Assembly: GCA_963792585.1 (NCBI GenBank)
Contig: CAWBWI010000006.1
Span: 992,001-1,056,000, forward strand
Source of the DNA: Candidatus Eiseniibacteriota bacterium
GTDB taxonomy: Bacteria > Eisenbacteria > RBG-16-71-46 > CAIMUX01 > VGJL01
Length of the DNA: 64,000 nt
Direction: 5' to 3'
Part shown: positions 1 to 10,300 of the stretch, piece after piece
Numbering within the stretch: the first letter of the stretch is position 1
Layout of the letters: every line of letters begins with the position of its first letter
Made by a program: the position numbers and the translations under genes
Notes under the pieces: generated by a model
The model's database searches: none
Seen by the model: the letters and a program-made list of their open reading frames with translations, nothing else
What the model was told of the DNA's origin: nothing

Positions 1-489
1 GTGAATGGACTGAATCGGAACAGTCCGACCTTTCGGGGTCCGGCGGCCGACAGAGTTCGCGCCGCCCTCCCGTACGTCGATCTGCTCCAGCTCCCCGAGG
101 GAAGCGGCGATGCACACACCCCGATGCCACGGCACGATCCCGATGTGCGCGGGACGATCCATTCTCCGGCGCCGATGCCCCCGCTCCCTGACGCCGAGGT
201 CGCGGCGATCATCGATGCCGGCGTGGGCGTTCTCGTGCGAACGCGGGGCGCTCAGGGAGTCTTGCTGCGGTCGCGGGATGCGGAGAGCATCGCCGTCGCC
301 GCGCTGCCGACCACGGTGATCGATCCGACCGGCGCGGGCGACGCGTTCGCCGCCGGCTTCCTCGACGCGCGCATCGCCGGCGCGACGATTGTCGACGCCG
401 CGCACCGGGGCGTAGACTGGGCCGCGCGCGCATGCCGGCACCTCGGCGCGCGCGGATGGCTCGACGCCGAGCCGCCGGAGACCAATTGA
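1..489 (+). CDS. PfkB/ribokinase-family carbohydrate kinase, 5'-truncated by window edge
   Basis: PfkB signature DPTGAGDAFAAGFL and upstream TRGAQG motif; stop TGA 487-489. Confidence 0.85.
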   Translation: MNGLNRNSPTFRGPAADRVRAALPYVDLLQLPEGSGDAHTPMPRHDPDVRGTIHSPAPMPPLPDAEVAAIIDAGVGVLVRTRGAQGVLLRSRDAESIAVAALPTTVIDPTGAGDAFAAGFLDARIAGATIVDAAHRGVDWAARACRHLGARGWLDAEPPETN

Positions 490-2792
490 ACGCGCGATCA
501 CTCGTCTTCATCCTCTTCTGCCTGTCGATTCCCGTCGCGGGACGCGGCCGCGCGGACGCGGATGCGGGCTTCGAGGCATTTCGCCGCACGGCCAGCCTTG
601 GTTTCGGACCGGTCCTCGCCGCGACATTCGCCGATGACTCGGTTCTTGCCGCGATCGACGCCTTGCCGGAAGACGGCGCCATCCGCTTCGATCTGGACGG
701 CGACGGCATGGACGACGCCCTTGCATGGCGCGAGGGAACCACGCGCGTGGTCGGAATCGATGAGGACGGCGATCTCGCTGCGGGCGAAATGCGAACGGAC
801 GGCGACGACGACTGCATTGTCGTCGATATCGGCGGCGATGGAATCCCCGATCGGGTCGTCGACCGCTCGGATGGGAACGGTGACGGGATCGCCGACTGGG
901 AGGCGATCTACGAGGTCACGACCGGGGCGCTCGGTGCCCCGGGTGTCGGCGTCCTGGTCTACTTCGACCTTGATTGCGACGGCCGGATGTTCCACCTGAC
1001 GAATTACGACTACCACGCGAACCGCGACATGTGGCAGAGCGACTTCGCCGGGGACGCTTGCTTCCTCGCAGGTCGGCGCGATGAGGCGACCGGACGCTGG
1101 ACGTCGGCATACGAAAACCCCTTCTGTTTCTACGACGACGACGGCGACGGAGCGACCGACGAGGCGCTGCGCCTGGAGGGCGAGGATCTGCGCATCGAGT
1201 CGCTACGGTGGAGTTTCGACGCCGACGGGGATGGAACCGATCATCCAGACTACGATTTCTCGCTCACAGCAATCGGGCCGAGCCAGGCGCCGCCGTCGCT
1301 CGCCGACAGCCTCGTGCTCCGCGATGGTCGGGCCCTACGGTTCGTCGCGTGGAATCGCGCGAGGGATTTCGCCCGCTGGGCGCTCTGGCGATCGATCCTC
1401 CTCGTGTGGGACGAGGACGACGCGAACGTCGCCCCCTTCAGCGAGACGCCCGACCGCGAGCGGTGGGAGGGTGTCATCGCGATGCCCTACAAGGGATTCC
1501 CCTCCGTTGGAGGGCCCGACTGCGGAAGAGTCAACAAGCGCTACGAGATCGACCGCGACGGATCGGGGCGCCTCGGCCTCTACTTCAGCGCGGTCGACGA
1601 TCGAATCCACCTGCGCGGCGCGGAGGAGGGCGAAATCGATATCGTCCTGCCCGCCAACCCGGCGATCCAACGGCAGGTTCAGACCGAGGACGCCGACGGC
1701 AACGGATACCTGGACACGTGGACCTATTCAGGCGGGCCCCACGACCGAACGATCCGGCTCGCCGACGAGGGCGCCCGCCTCCTCCCGCTCGACATCAACC
1801 CTTTGCGGGGATTCTGGCGCCGGGCCCTGGGCGATGCGCGCGACCGCTCGAAATGGAATGGGGAGCAGATCGAGCGATCGATTCCCCGAAGAGACTCCAA
1901 TCGCGTTCGGTCCTGGTGGAACGAGGCGCGCGATCGCCACGACCCCCTGATTGTCCGAGCCGGACGTAACGAGGAGACCGAGCGGCTCATCCTCGACGCG
2001 CTCCTCTGGGAGACCGGAGGCGGCTTTCTCGCACTCAACCCCGACGAGCCGCCCGCCTCCGATGCCCCACCTCCGTTGCGACCGGCAACGGCACGGGTTG
2101 ATCCCTATTTCGGCAGCGGGATTGCCTTCGAGTCCCTATCGATCGCCTATCGCACCTATGACGGACGGATCGACGTCTTCTCGAAGAAGCGCAGGCAGCT
2201 CGTGCTTCGCGGCGATCTCGGCGACTACCATCGGCCGCAGCCGTGGGGAATCGACGCGCTCGACGTCGGCGTCGGTCCCGGGCTCGGCGGGCTGTACGCC
2301 TTCGCTTCCGAAACCTGGAACCCCTTGTTCGGCGCAGATGCCGTGCGCGGCCAACGTGTTGTGACCGACGCTCCGGATCGCGCCGTGGTGGAGATCGACC
2401 TGTGCGGCGGAACGGGAAGCGTCCGCAGACGCTGGTCGATCGCGGGAACCGGTTCCGTGATCGAGGAGACGCTCGTCGCCCTCGCGGGCCCCTCGTCCCT
2501 GGCCGTCGCGATCCCACGACTCGAGGAGGCCGGCGTGTCGGCGGACAGTCTCATGGTCTGGTCGTACGGGGTCTCAGCCTCGGGGGCGGGGGCGATCGGG
2601 CTAGCCGGCGCGGTCGAGTCCCGACGTCCGCACAAGCTCTTCGTGATCGACGGGAACCCCGCGATCGGTTTCGATGCAGCGCCGGGCGACACGGTCCGGT
2701 TGCGCTGGGTTGCGGGGGGTGCGGTCTACGGCGACTCGAGCGCGGCGTCGTGGTCCGCCCGCGCCGCGGCGCTGCTCGGCGTGCGGCAGTAG
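486..2792 (+). CDS. Secreted protein with many DxDxDG (Ca-binding-like) loops and a C-terminal DUF4861-like domain
   Basis: TTG at 486 overlaps the upstream stop (TTGA) and is followed by a hydrophobic signal-like segment (LVFILFCLSIPVAG). Repeated DLDGDG/DEDGD/DGNGDG/DDDGDG/DADGDG. C-terminal GIAFES..AYRTY..IDVFSK..DYH...WGIDALDVG..PGLGG resembles DUF4861. Confidence 0.65.
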   Translation: MNARSLVFILFCLSIPVAGRGRADADAGFEAFRRTASLGFGPVLAATFADDSVLAAIDALPEDGAIRFDLDGDGMDDALAWREGTTRVVGIDEDGDLAAGEMRTDGDDDCIVVDIGGDGIPDRVVDRSDGNGDGIADWEAIYEVTTGALGAPGVGVLVYFDLDCDGRMFHLTNYDYHANRDMWQSDFAGDACFLAGRRDEATGRWTSAYENPFCFYDDDGDGATDEALRLEGEDLRIESLRWSFDADGDGTDHPDYDFSLTAIGPSQAPPSLADSLVLRDGRALRFVAWNRARDFARWALWRSILLVWDEDDANVAPFSETPDRERWEGVIAMPYKGFPSVGGPDCGRVNKRYEIDRDGSGRLGLYFSAVDDRIHLRGAEEGEIDIVLPANPAIQRQVQTEDADGNGYLDTWTYSGGPHDRTIRLADEGARLLPLDINPLRGFWRRALGDARDRSKWNGEQIERSIPRRDSNRVRSWWNEARDRHDPLIVRAGRNEETERLILDALLWETGGGFLALNPDEPPASDAPPPLRPATARVDPYFGSGIAFESLSIAYRTYDGRIDVFSKKRRQLVLRGDLGDYHRPQPWGIDALDVGVGPGLGGLYAFASETWNPLFGADAVRGQRVVTDAPDRAVVEIDLCGGTGSVRRRWSIAGTGSVIEETLVALAGPSSLAVAIPRLEEAGVSADSLMVWSYGVSASGAGAIGLAGAVESRRPHKLFVIDGNPAIGFDAAPGDTVRLRWVAGGAVYGDSSAASWSARAAALLGVRQ

Positions 2793-2809
2793 ACTCCTGG
2801 ACAATAAGT

Positions 2810-2930
2810 GCGGGCGCTGATTCGGGCGGCGGCGGAAGTGCACGGGCTGCGTCTGCGACCGCTCGGGATGAGTTGCGCCGGCACGCGTAGCGCAGACGCG
2901 CCCTTCCGCCGCCGCCCTGCATGCGCCCGC
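2810..2930. repeat. Long intergenic imperfect inverted repeat (about 120-nt hairpin)
   Basis: Nested complementary arms: 2810-2817/2923-2930, GGGCGGCGGCGGAAG 2824-2838 / CTTCCGCCGCCGCCC 2903-2917, and 2849-2857/2891-2899. Confidence 0.75.
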
Positions 2931-2989
2931 CCGCTGCCCGGACAGCACTGCCGTAGCGGCGCGCCGCGGGATCGCCTAACCTCGCGCCC

Positions 2990-3811
2990 ATGGAACAAGA
3001 GCCTCTTTCACGTCAACCGCACGTCGTCCTCGTCGTCTCCGACGGCACCGGGGTCACCGGCGAGCGAGTCGTCCAGGCCGCACTGACCCAGTTCGACCCC
3101 GACGCCGTCGCGGTCGAGCGTCTTGGTCAAGTGCGGGCTCCCGAGCGGATCACCGAGGCGATCGAGGACGCCGCGCGCCGGCGTGCGACCGTCCTCTTCA
3201 GCCTCGTCGTGCCGGAGCAGCGCCGCCATCTCCTTCATGAGGCGCGGCGCCACAACGTCACCGTCATCGATCTCCTCGGGCCCATCCTGCAGAGTCTCGC
3301 GCACGTCCTCGCGGTCTCCCCTCGCGCCGACCCTGGAATCTTCCGCCAGCTCGACGAGGAATACTTCCGCCGGATCGACGCGATCGACTTCGCCGTCAAG
3401 CATGACGACGGGAAGGCGGCCGACGAGCTGGCTTCCGCCGACCTCGTGCTCGTCGGCGTCTCGCGCACGTCGAAGACCCCGCTGTCGATGTTCCTCGCCT
3501 ATCGCGGTTGGCGCGTCGCCAACGTTCCGATCGTGCTCGGAATGGAGCCTCCTCCCGAGTTGTTCGCCATCGACCGCTCGAAGGTGATCGCGCTCTCCGC
3601 CCGCCCGGTCTGGCTCGAGGGGATCCGCCGCGAACGCCAGCAACGCCTCGCGCGCGGGCTCTCCATGACCTACGCCGAGATGGAGCACATCCAGGCCGAG
3701 CTGGCGTGGTTCCGACAGATCCTGGCGCGCGGCGGCTGGACGCTGGTGGAGGTGACCTACAAGGCGATCGAGGAGACGGCCGGCGAGATCGTGACCCTGA
3801 TGCGCGGCTGA
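2990..3811 (+). CDS. ppsR: PEP synthase / pyruvate phosphate dikinase regulatory protein (DUF299 kinase/pyrophosphorylase)
   Basis: SDGTGVTGE, YFRRIDAIDFAVKHDDG, LVGVSRTSKTPLS, KAIEETA motifs. Confidence 0.93.
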   Translation: MEQEPLSRQPHVVLVVSDGTGVTGERVVQAALTQFDPDAVAVERLGQVRAPERITEAIEDAARRRATVLFSLVVPEQRRHLLHEARRHNVTVIDLLGPILQSLAHVLAVSPRADPGIFRQLDEEYFRRIDAIDFAVKHDDGKAADELASADLVLVGVSRTSKTPLSMFLAYRGWRVANVPIVLGMEPPPELFAIDRSKVIALSARPVWLEGIRRERQQRLARGLSMTYAEMEHIQAELAWFRQILARGGWTLVEVTYKAIEETAGEIVTLMRG

Positions 3812-3934
3812 GGCGGTATCGCCGGATCGGCTTGACAGCGCCGGTTCCCGCCATGGATCATGCCCGGTTTCCGGGGGTCGCCGTGAAGCCCGCCCAACCC
3901 GCCGATCCACACGCGAACCAGGGGGTCTTTCTGC

Positions 3935-5989
3935 ATGTCCGTTTCCATCGTTCGCGCACGGAGCCGGCAAACAGCGCACGCATTGCGTCTCGCCCCCGCG
4001 ATCATGATCCTGCTCGAGCTGCTCCTCGCAGCCCGTGCAATCGCCGCGGAACCCGAGCCCGTTCCCGACCCGAACAAGATCTTCCGGCTGCCCGAAGTCG
4101 TCATCACGGCCAAGCCCATTCTGCAGGAGACGCGGTTCGACAGCCTCGGAACCCTCATGACGATCGTGACCCGTAAGCAGATCGACGGGTTGAACGCGCT
4201 GGATCTTCCCTCTGCCCTTCGCCGGATCCCCGGAGTGGTCATCTCCCGATACAACCTGGTCGGCAGCTACGGCGGCGGCGACGGCGGCGCCGTCTACCTT
4301 CGTGGGCTCGGTTCGGGTCGCCCCGGCGCGGAGATCGGCACCCTCTTCGATGGAGTGCCCCGATTCGTGGGCGTTTGGACCCATCCGATCATGGATGCGC
4401 TCTCGCTGGATTCGGCGGACGGCATCGAGGTCTCCAAGAGTCCCCAGTCGGTCCTGCAGGGAAACATGGCCTTCGGATCGGTCAACATGGTCCCGTTCCG
4501 GCGATCTTCGCCCGGCTACGAGACTGCGGTCCAGGGCGCGTGGGGTCGATACGGGACGCGCTCGGGCGACATCCGGCATGGCGGCCGCACGCGATCCTTC
4601 GACTACTACCTGAGCGCCGGGCAGAAGCGCAGCGACGGAGAACGTGACCTCGCCTACGGAAGGACGGAGTCGATCTATGGGCGGGCGGGCCTGCAGCTCG
4701 CGCCGGGGTGGGACTGGAGCCTGCAGGTCGATCATACGGGCGGATCCGTGCAGGATCCGGGTTCGAAGGACAATCCGTGGCCTGTGGAGGACCCTGCATT
4801 CAAGGTTCCTCGCTTCGACACCAACACGGAATTCTACCTGGCCACGATGCCGCACCGGATCGGCCGCGCTTTGGGGGTGGCAAAGCTCTACCTCGACCAC
4901 GGGCGGATGGATTGGCGCCTCTGGGACTCTCCGAGTTTTGGACAGCCTCCGGAGAGCTTCCGCGGTTTGACCGAGTACGACAACTACGGCCTGCGCCTTC
5001 ATGAGTCCATCTCCGGACCGTCGGCGATCCGCATGATCCTGGGATTCGATCAGGACTTCTATGGAGGCAAAGCATGGGAGGTGCACGCGTCCGGAAAGAC
5101 ACCCGAACTCGAGCACTTCTTCCGCAACCGCGCCCCCTACATGACCGCAAGCCGCGCGATCCGTCTAGGCGACGATGCGTCGAACGCGTGGTGGGTGACG
5201 CCGGCGGCGGGCGTCCGATACAACGACAGCCGCTCCTTCGACTCCGATTGGGGTTGGCAGGCCGGGGCCGTCGTCGAGCAGGGTCGAAGGCACTTCCACA
5301 TTCAGCGCAGCCGCGGCTTCAATCTACCGGGCGTCTACGTGGCGACCATGTATGACGGCTGGAATCGCCCGGGAGAATGGGAGGATCTGCGTGCGGAAAC
5401 TCTGGATCACAACGAGGTCGGCCTGCGCATCGGCCTCCTCCCGAGGGTCGAGATGGAAGCAACCGCCTTCTACGATGAAGTGCGGTCCGCCCTGCGCTGG
5501 GTGCCGCCCGTCATCCCACCGCCGCCCCCATTTCAGTCGCCTCGATTCGACAACGGTGGGCGTTCCGTGAACAGGGGCGTGGAGACGAGCTTGACGGCCG
5601 ACGTCGGCGCCTCCGCGCTCTTCGCCGGGATCGCCTTGATGAATCCATCTCCGAAGGATCTTCCGAACGCCCCCGCCTGGTCCGTCGACGCGGGTCTGAA
5701 CGCACGCCTGACGCGGGCGCTGGGCCTGAGCGTGGACGCAAGCTGGACTGCCGAGCAAGTCGTGCTCAATCCGCGGTTCGCATCCCCGACCGACTACGAC
5801 CAGCCGACCGCTCGCGTGGGCCGGCACTTCCTCCTCAACGCCCGGCTCGGGTATGCCTTGAGGGCGGCGGGCGCGCAGTCGGAGATCTACCTCGCCGCGG
5901 AGAACATCACCGATGAGGAGTATGAGTACAGACCCGGCTACCCGATGCCGCCCGTGACATGGATGACGGGAATCCGGGTGAACTTCTAG
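3935..5989 (+). CDS. TonB-dependent outer-membrane receptor (true start may be the downstream Met of MILLELLL)
   Basis: TonB-box-like EVVITA, plug motifs ALRRIPGV and YLRG...DGVP, C-terminal ENITDEEY...GIRVNF ending in Phe. Confidence 0.9.
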   Translation: MSVSIVRARSRQTAHALRLAPAIMILLELLLAARAIAAEPEPVPDPNKIFRLPEVVITAKPILQETRFDSLGTLMTIVTRKQIDGLNALDLPSALRRIPGVVISRYNLVGSYGGGDGGAVYLRGLGSGRPGAEIGTLFDGVPRFVGVWTHPIMDALSLDSADGIEVSKSPQSVLQGNMAFGSVNMVPFRRSSPGYETAVQGAWGRYGTRSGDIRHGGRTRSFDYYLSAGQKRSDGERDLAYGRTESIYGRAGLQLAPGWDWSLQVDHTGGSVQDPGSKDNPWPVEDPAFKVPRFDTNTEFYLATMPHRIGRALGVAKLYLDHGRMDWRLWDSPSFGQPPESFRGLTEYDNYGLRLHESISGPSAIRMILGFDQDFYGGKAWEVHASGKTPELEHFFRNRAPYMTASRAIRLGDDASNAWWVTPAAGVRYNDSRSFDSDWGWQAGAVVEQGRRHFHIQRSRGFNLPGVYVATMYDGWNRPGEWEDLRAETLDHNEVGLRIGLLPRVEMEATAFYDEVRSALRWVPPVIPPPPPFQSPRFDNGGRSVNRGVETSLTADVGASALFAGIALMNPSPKDLPNAPAWSVDAGLNARLTRALGLSVDASWTAEQVVLNPRFASPTDYDQPTARVGRHFLLNARLGYALRAAGAQSEIYLAAENITDEEYEYRPGYPMPPVTWMTGIRVNF

Positions 5990-6009
5990 ACTCTGGACGA
6001 AACCCCCGC

Positions 6010-7248
6010 CTAGAAGACGCTCATGCCGGTCGTCGTGATGGAACCGCGGTAGTCGCGGTAGAACGAGCCGCTGCTCTTGTTGGTGTCCCGTGTGTAGTAG
6101 TTCCAACCGAGGAACAGCCAAGTCGTATCCACCAGACGGAATCGGGAACCGACACCGACTTGCCAGAGCGCGTACGCGAGCGGTTTGCCCGCATCGCCCA
6201 TGATGTGCTCGTAGCGGCGCCAGCTCTGTTCCGCATTCGTTCGAATCTCCAGCCTCTCCATTGCGTTGAAGGCGCCGAGGATCTGGACGGTATGCGTTCG
6301 GTTGTTCTCGTACCCGGCGAACAGGTCGGTCTTGCCGCTTCGATCGTACCGGGCTTCGAATCGCGTCTTGGATCCCACCGGCATCGTGCACGACACGCCG
6401 GCGGTGCGATAGCGGTGGAGCTCCGTCGGATGATCGGGAAGCTCGTGCCCGTCCTGCGTGGCGGCCAGTTCCTTCCGGTAGCCGCGCTCCCCGGATGAGT
6501 AGGAGAACTCCAGGTAGCGATACGGACCGAAACGACGCCGGTACTCGGCCGTCAACGCCCACTCGGTCCAGTCGATCGAGCGAAGTCCCTTCGTTTCGCT
6601 GTAGTTCTTCGCGATCTGCTCTCCGCCGAAGGTGAACATGTGTCGCTCGTTGATGCGCCATACGAGGGCCGCTTCCGCTCCATACCTCCAGTATGCGTAG
6701 TCTCGCAGATAGTCCAGACCGACGATCGTCGTGGCGTCATCGTTCTTGTGACTCAGTTCCAGATTCGCCTCGACCCGGACTCCCCCGCCCAACCGGCGGA
6801 CATACAAGCTGCTGGCGTTTCCGTAGGTCGAATTGCTGTTGGCGTATCGGGGCCGCTGGGTCTGGTTCCAGCTCACGCTCGAGATCCACTTGTCGCCCCT
6901 GGCGGATCGCACCTCCGTCTGGAGGATGGCCCAATCCCCCCATGCCAGGCCCTTCTTCTCGAGCGCCGCGGGACTTCTGTAGACATTGTTGTCGGACCCC
7001 ATGAAGCCACTGACGCCGCCGAGCATCGAGAAGCCTCCGGCTGCGGCCAACTCCCGCTTCTGCTCGGCGATGCGATCGGGTATCGACGCCATCACCGACC
7101 CGATACCGATCTCATCTTCCTCTTCGTCCACGACGGCATGGGACGGTGTCGCGCAAAGGACGGAAGCGCAGATGAGCAGCAGCAGATCCCGTCCCGGATG
7201 CCTCCTTCCGCGGCCCGTTGATCCGTTTTCGAGAGTCACTCGCTTCAT
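6010..7248 (-). CDS. Putative outer-membrane beta-barrel protein
   Basis: AGGAGG RBS before ATG 7248; signal peptide (LLLLICASVLCATPSHA); DNNVYRS motif; alternating aromatic beta-strand pattern; terminal Phe. Confidence 0.65.
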   Translation of the reverse strand: MKRVTLENGSTGRGRRHPGRDLLLLICASVLCATPSHAVVDEEEDEIGIGSVMASIPDRIAEQKRELAAAGGFSMLGGVSGFMGSDNNVYRSPAALEKKGLAWGDWAILQTEVRSARGDKWISSVSWNQTQRPRYANSNSTYGNASSLYVRRLGGGVRVEANLELSHKNDDATTIVGLDYLRDYAYWRYGAEAALVWRINERHMFTFGGEQIAKNYSETKGLRSIDWTEWALTAEYRRRFGPYRYLEFSYSSGERGYRKELAATQDGHELPDHPTELHRYRTAGVSCTMPVGSKTRFEARYDRSGKTDLFAGYENNRTHTVQILGAFNAMERLEIRTNAEQSWRRYEHIMGDAGKPLAYALWQVGVGSRFRLVDTTWLFLGWNYYTRDTNKSSGSFYRDYRGSITTTGMSVF

Positions 7249-7306
7249 CTCATTCCTCCTGTCGCTGAATCGACCGGGCGTGCAGAGCAGTGCGCATTGG
7301 AGACGC

Positions 7307-10300
7307 TCATCTGGCGACGACAACTCGACGCGCGTCGAATCCACGACCCATGGCGGCCCGTGCGAGATAGACGCCGTTCGGCAATCCCGCGGTATCGAGT
7401 TCCAGGTTCACAACACCTTCGCCGGACACCGACGTGGTTCGACGGGTGACGGCCCGGCCCTGGACGTCGAAGAGGGTCAGATCGACGGAGCCCGGCTCGG
7501 AAACGAGGATGCTGATGTGGAGGATCCCGCCCGTGGGATTGGGGCTCGCATTCTCGATGGCGAGCCCGATCGGCCGGAGGCCGCCCGAGGCGACGTCCGA
7601 AGTCGGGACGTAGAAGTAGCGTTGCCCGTAGACCTCGAATTCATTCGGGCCGATGCCGAGCGCATCGTCGTCCCCGACCCACACGACGAGGAACTCGTTG
7701 ATCGGCGCCGCGTAGACCACGGCCGGCCGAAGCGCGTCGAAGAGCCCGTCGCCGTCGGGACCCATGTCGCTCAGCCGGAAGTCGTTCTCCCCGGTCTCCA
7801 ACCCGGTGGAGGCGACGATCCGCTGCCCGAAGATCTCCGACTCCCCGTCGGCCAATAGACCCGTGTTGTCATCGCCATGCCAGAGGACGAGGAACTCCCG
7901 CTCCCGACCGTTGAACACCACTGCCGGCGCCTGAGCGTCGTAGAGCGGATCCCCGTTTGGACCCATGTCGCTCACGCGGAAGTCGTTGGCCCCGAGTTGC
8001 GCGCCGCCGGCTCCGTCGATCCTCTGGGCGAAGATCTCGAACTCTCCCGCGACCAGCGGAGCGATGTTGTCCTCACCCTCCCATGCGACCAGGTACTGAT
8101 TGACGAATGGGTCGTACGCCGCCGCGGGGGCAAAGGCGTCGAAGTTCGGATCTCCATCCGTCCCCATGTCGCTGATCCGGAAGTCGTTGGGCCCGACCGC
8201 CGAACCGGCCCCTGTCAGCAGCTGCCCGTAGATCTCGAACTCGCCGTTCACCAGGAGACCGGAATTGTCCTCACCCGCCCATGCGACGAGGTACTGATTG
8301 GCGGAGGAGTTGAAGGCGACGGCGGGCACGGCCGCGTCGAACTCGAAGTCGGAATCCGACCCCATGTCGCTTACGCGGAAGTCGTTCGATCCCACCTCGG
8401 CGCCCGTAGAGCCGGAGATTCTCTGGCCGAAGATCTCCGTCTCTCCTTCGACCAGGGGAAGTGTGTTGTCATCCCCCTCCCAGACGACGATGTACTCGTC
8501 CAGGGTCGGGTTGTACGCGAGGGCGGGCTCCGCCGCATCGTAGAGGGCGTCGCCATCCGGTCCCATGTCGGAGATCCGGAAGTCGTCGACGCCCACCTGC
8601 GCCCCGGTGACGGCATCGATGCGCTGCCCGAAGATCTCGAACTCGCCGTTGACGAGTGCCCCGTTGTCGTCTTCCCCCGCCCAGACGACGAGGTACTCCT
8701 GGTGGACCTGGCTGTAGACGGCCACAGGGGATTGCGCATCGTATGCGGGATCGCCCGCCGGCCCCATGTCGCTGATCCGCAGGTCGTTCGTTCCAATCTC
8801 GCGGCCGGTCAACGCGTCGATCCGCTGGCCGAAGATCTCGGTCTCTCCGTCGACGAGCGTGCCCAGGTCGTCGTCTCCCTGCCAGACCACCAGATACTGG
8901 TGCCGGTCGGGGTTGTATGCGACCGCAGGCTGGTCCGCGTCGTAATCGATGTCGCCGTCGGGGCCCATATCGCTCAGACGGAAATCGTTCACGCCGGTCT
9001 CCGCCCCGGTGGCGGCAACGACGCGCTGCCCCCACAACTCGAACTCGTCGTCGGCAAGACCGACGGCGTCGTCGTCGCCCTCCCAGATCACGAGGAACTG
9101 CCCCTGGGCGGCCGCGAAGGTGACCGACGGATGCAGCGCCGCGGCCAGCGTGTTGCCATCGGTGCCCAGGTCGCTCAGACGGCTGTCGTCCGTGCCGGCT
9201 TGCGCGCCGGTGACCGCGCTCACCCTCTGGCAGAACACCTCCAACTCGCCTTCGCCGAGTCCGCTACCGTCGGTGTCCCCGTGCCAGACGACGAGGTACT
9301 CATGCGCCGTTGGATTGTATGCCACGGCCGGAGCCAATGCGTCGAACAGCGGATCCCCGTCCTGGCCCATCTGGCTCAAACGGGAATCGTTGACCCCCAC
9401 CTCGGCACCGGTTGCGGCCGCGATCCGCTGGCAGAAGATCTCGAACTCCCCGTCCACGACGCCCCCGACGTTGTCATCACCGGACCAGGCCACGAGATAC
9501 TCGTTTTCCCCACCCGCATAGGCCACTGCCGGGGCGAGGGCGTCGTACACATCACTCCCGGTCGTGCCCATGTCGCTCAGACGAAAGTCGTTCGCTCCGA
9601 CTTCCGCGCCCGTCGCGGCCGCGATTCTCTGACCGAAGATCTCGGATTCCCCGTCCACGAGACCGCCGACGTTGTCGTCCCCTTCCCATACGACGAGGTA
9701 CTCGTTTGGTCCGCTGCCGTAGGTGATCGCCGGAGCGTTCGCGTCGTAGAGTGGGTCTCCATCGGGACCCATGTCGCTCAGGCGGAAGTCGTTGACCCCC
9801 ACCTCGGCCCCTGTCGCCGCCTGGATTCTCTGACCGAAGATCTCGGTGTCCCCCTCGACCAGGAGCCCGCTGTTGTCGTCGCCGTCCCATACGACCAGGT
9901 ACTCGCCCTGGGCGGCGCAGTAGGCGACGGCGGGATGCACGGCATCGAAGAGGGAGTCCCCGTCGGGCCCCATGTCGCTCACGCGGAAATCGTTCACGCC
10001 GACCTCCGCGCCCGTTGTCGCGTCGATCCGTTGTCCGAAGATCTCCGATTCGCCGTTGACGAGCAGGCCTGAGAGATCATCCCCGGTCCACACGACGAGG
10101 AACTCACGGTTGGTCGGGTTGAAGGCGACGGCCGGGGAGGTCGCGTCGTATTCGGCGTTCCCGTTCGGGCCCATGTCGCTGACGCGGAAGTCGTTCGTGC
10201 CGATCTCCGCTCCGCTCGCGGCATCGACCCGTTGTCCGAAGATCTCGAACTGGCCGTCCCCGAGGCCCACCGTATCGTCGTCACCCTCCCAGACGACGAG

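Noticed and set aside
3812..3934. Cobalamin riboswitch before the TonB receptor
   Set aside because: The region is short and I could not find the B12-box or GGGAA core motifs.
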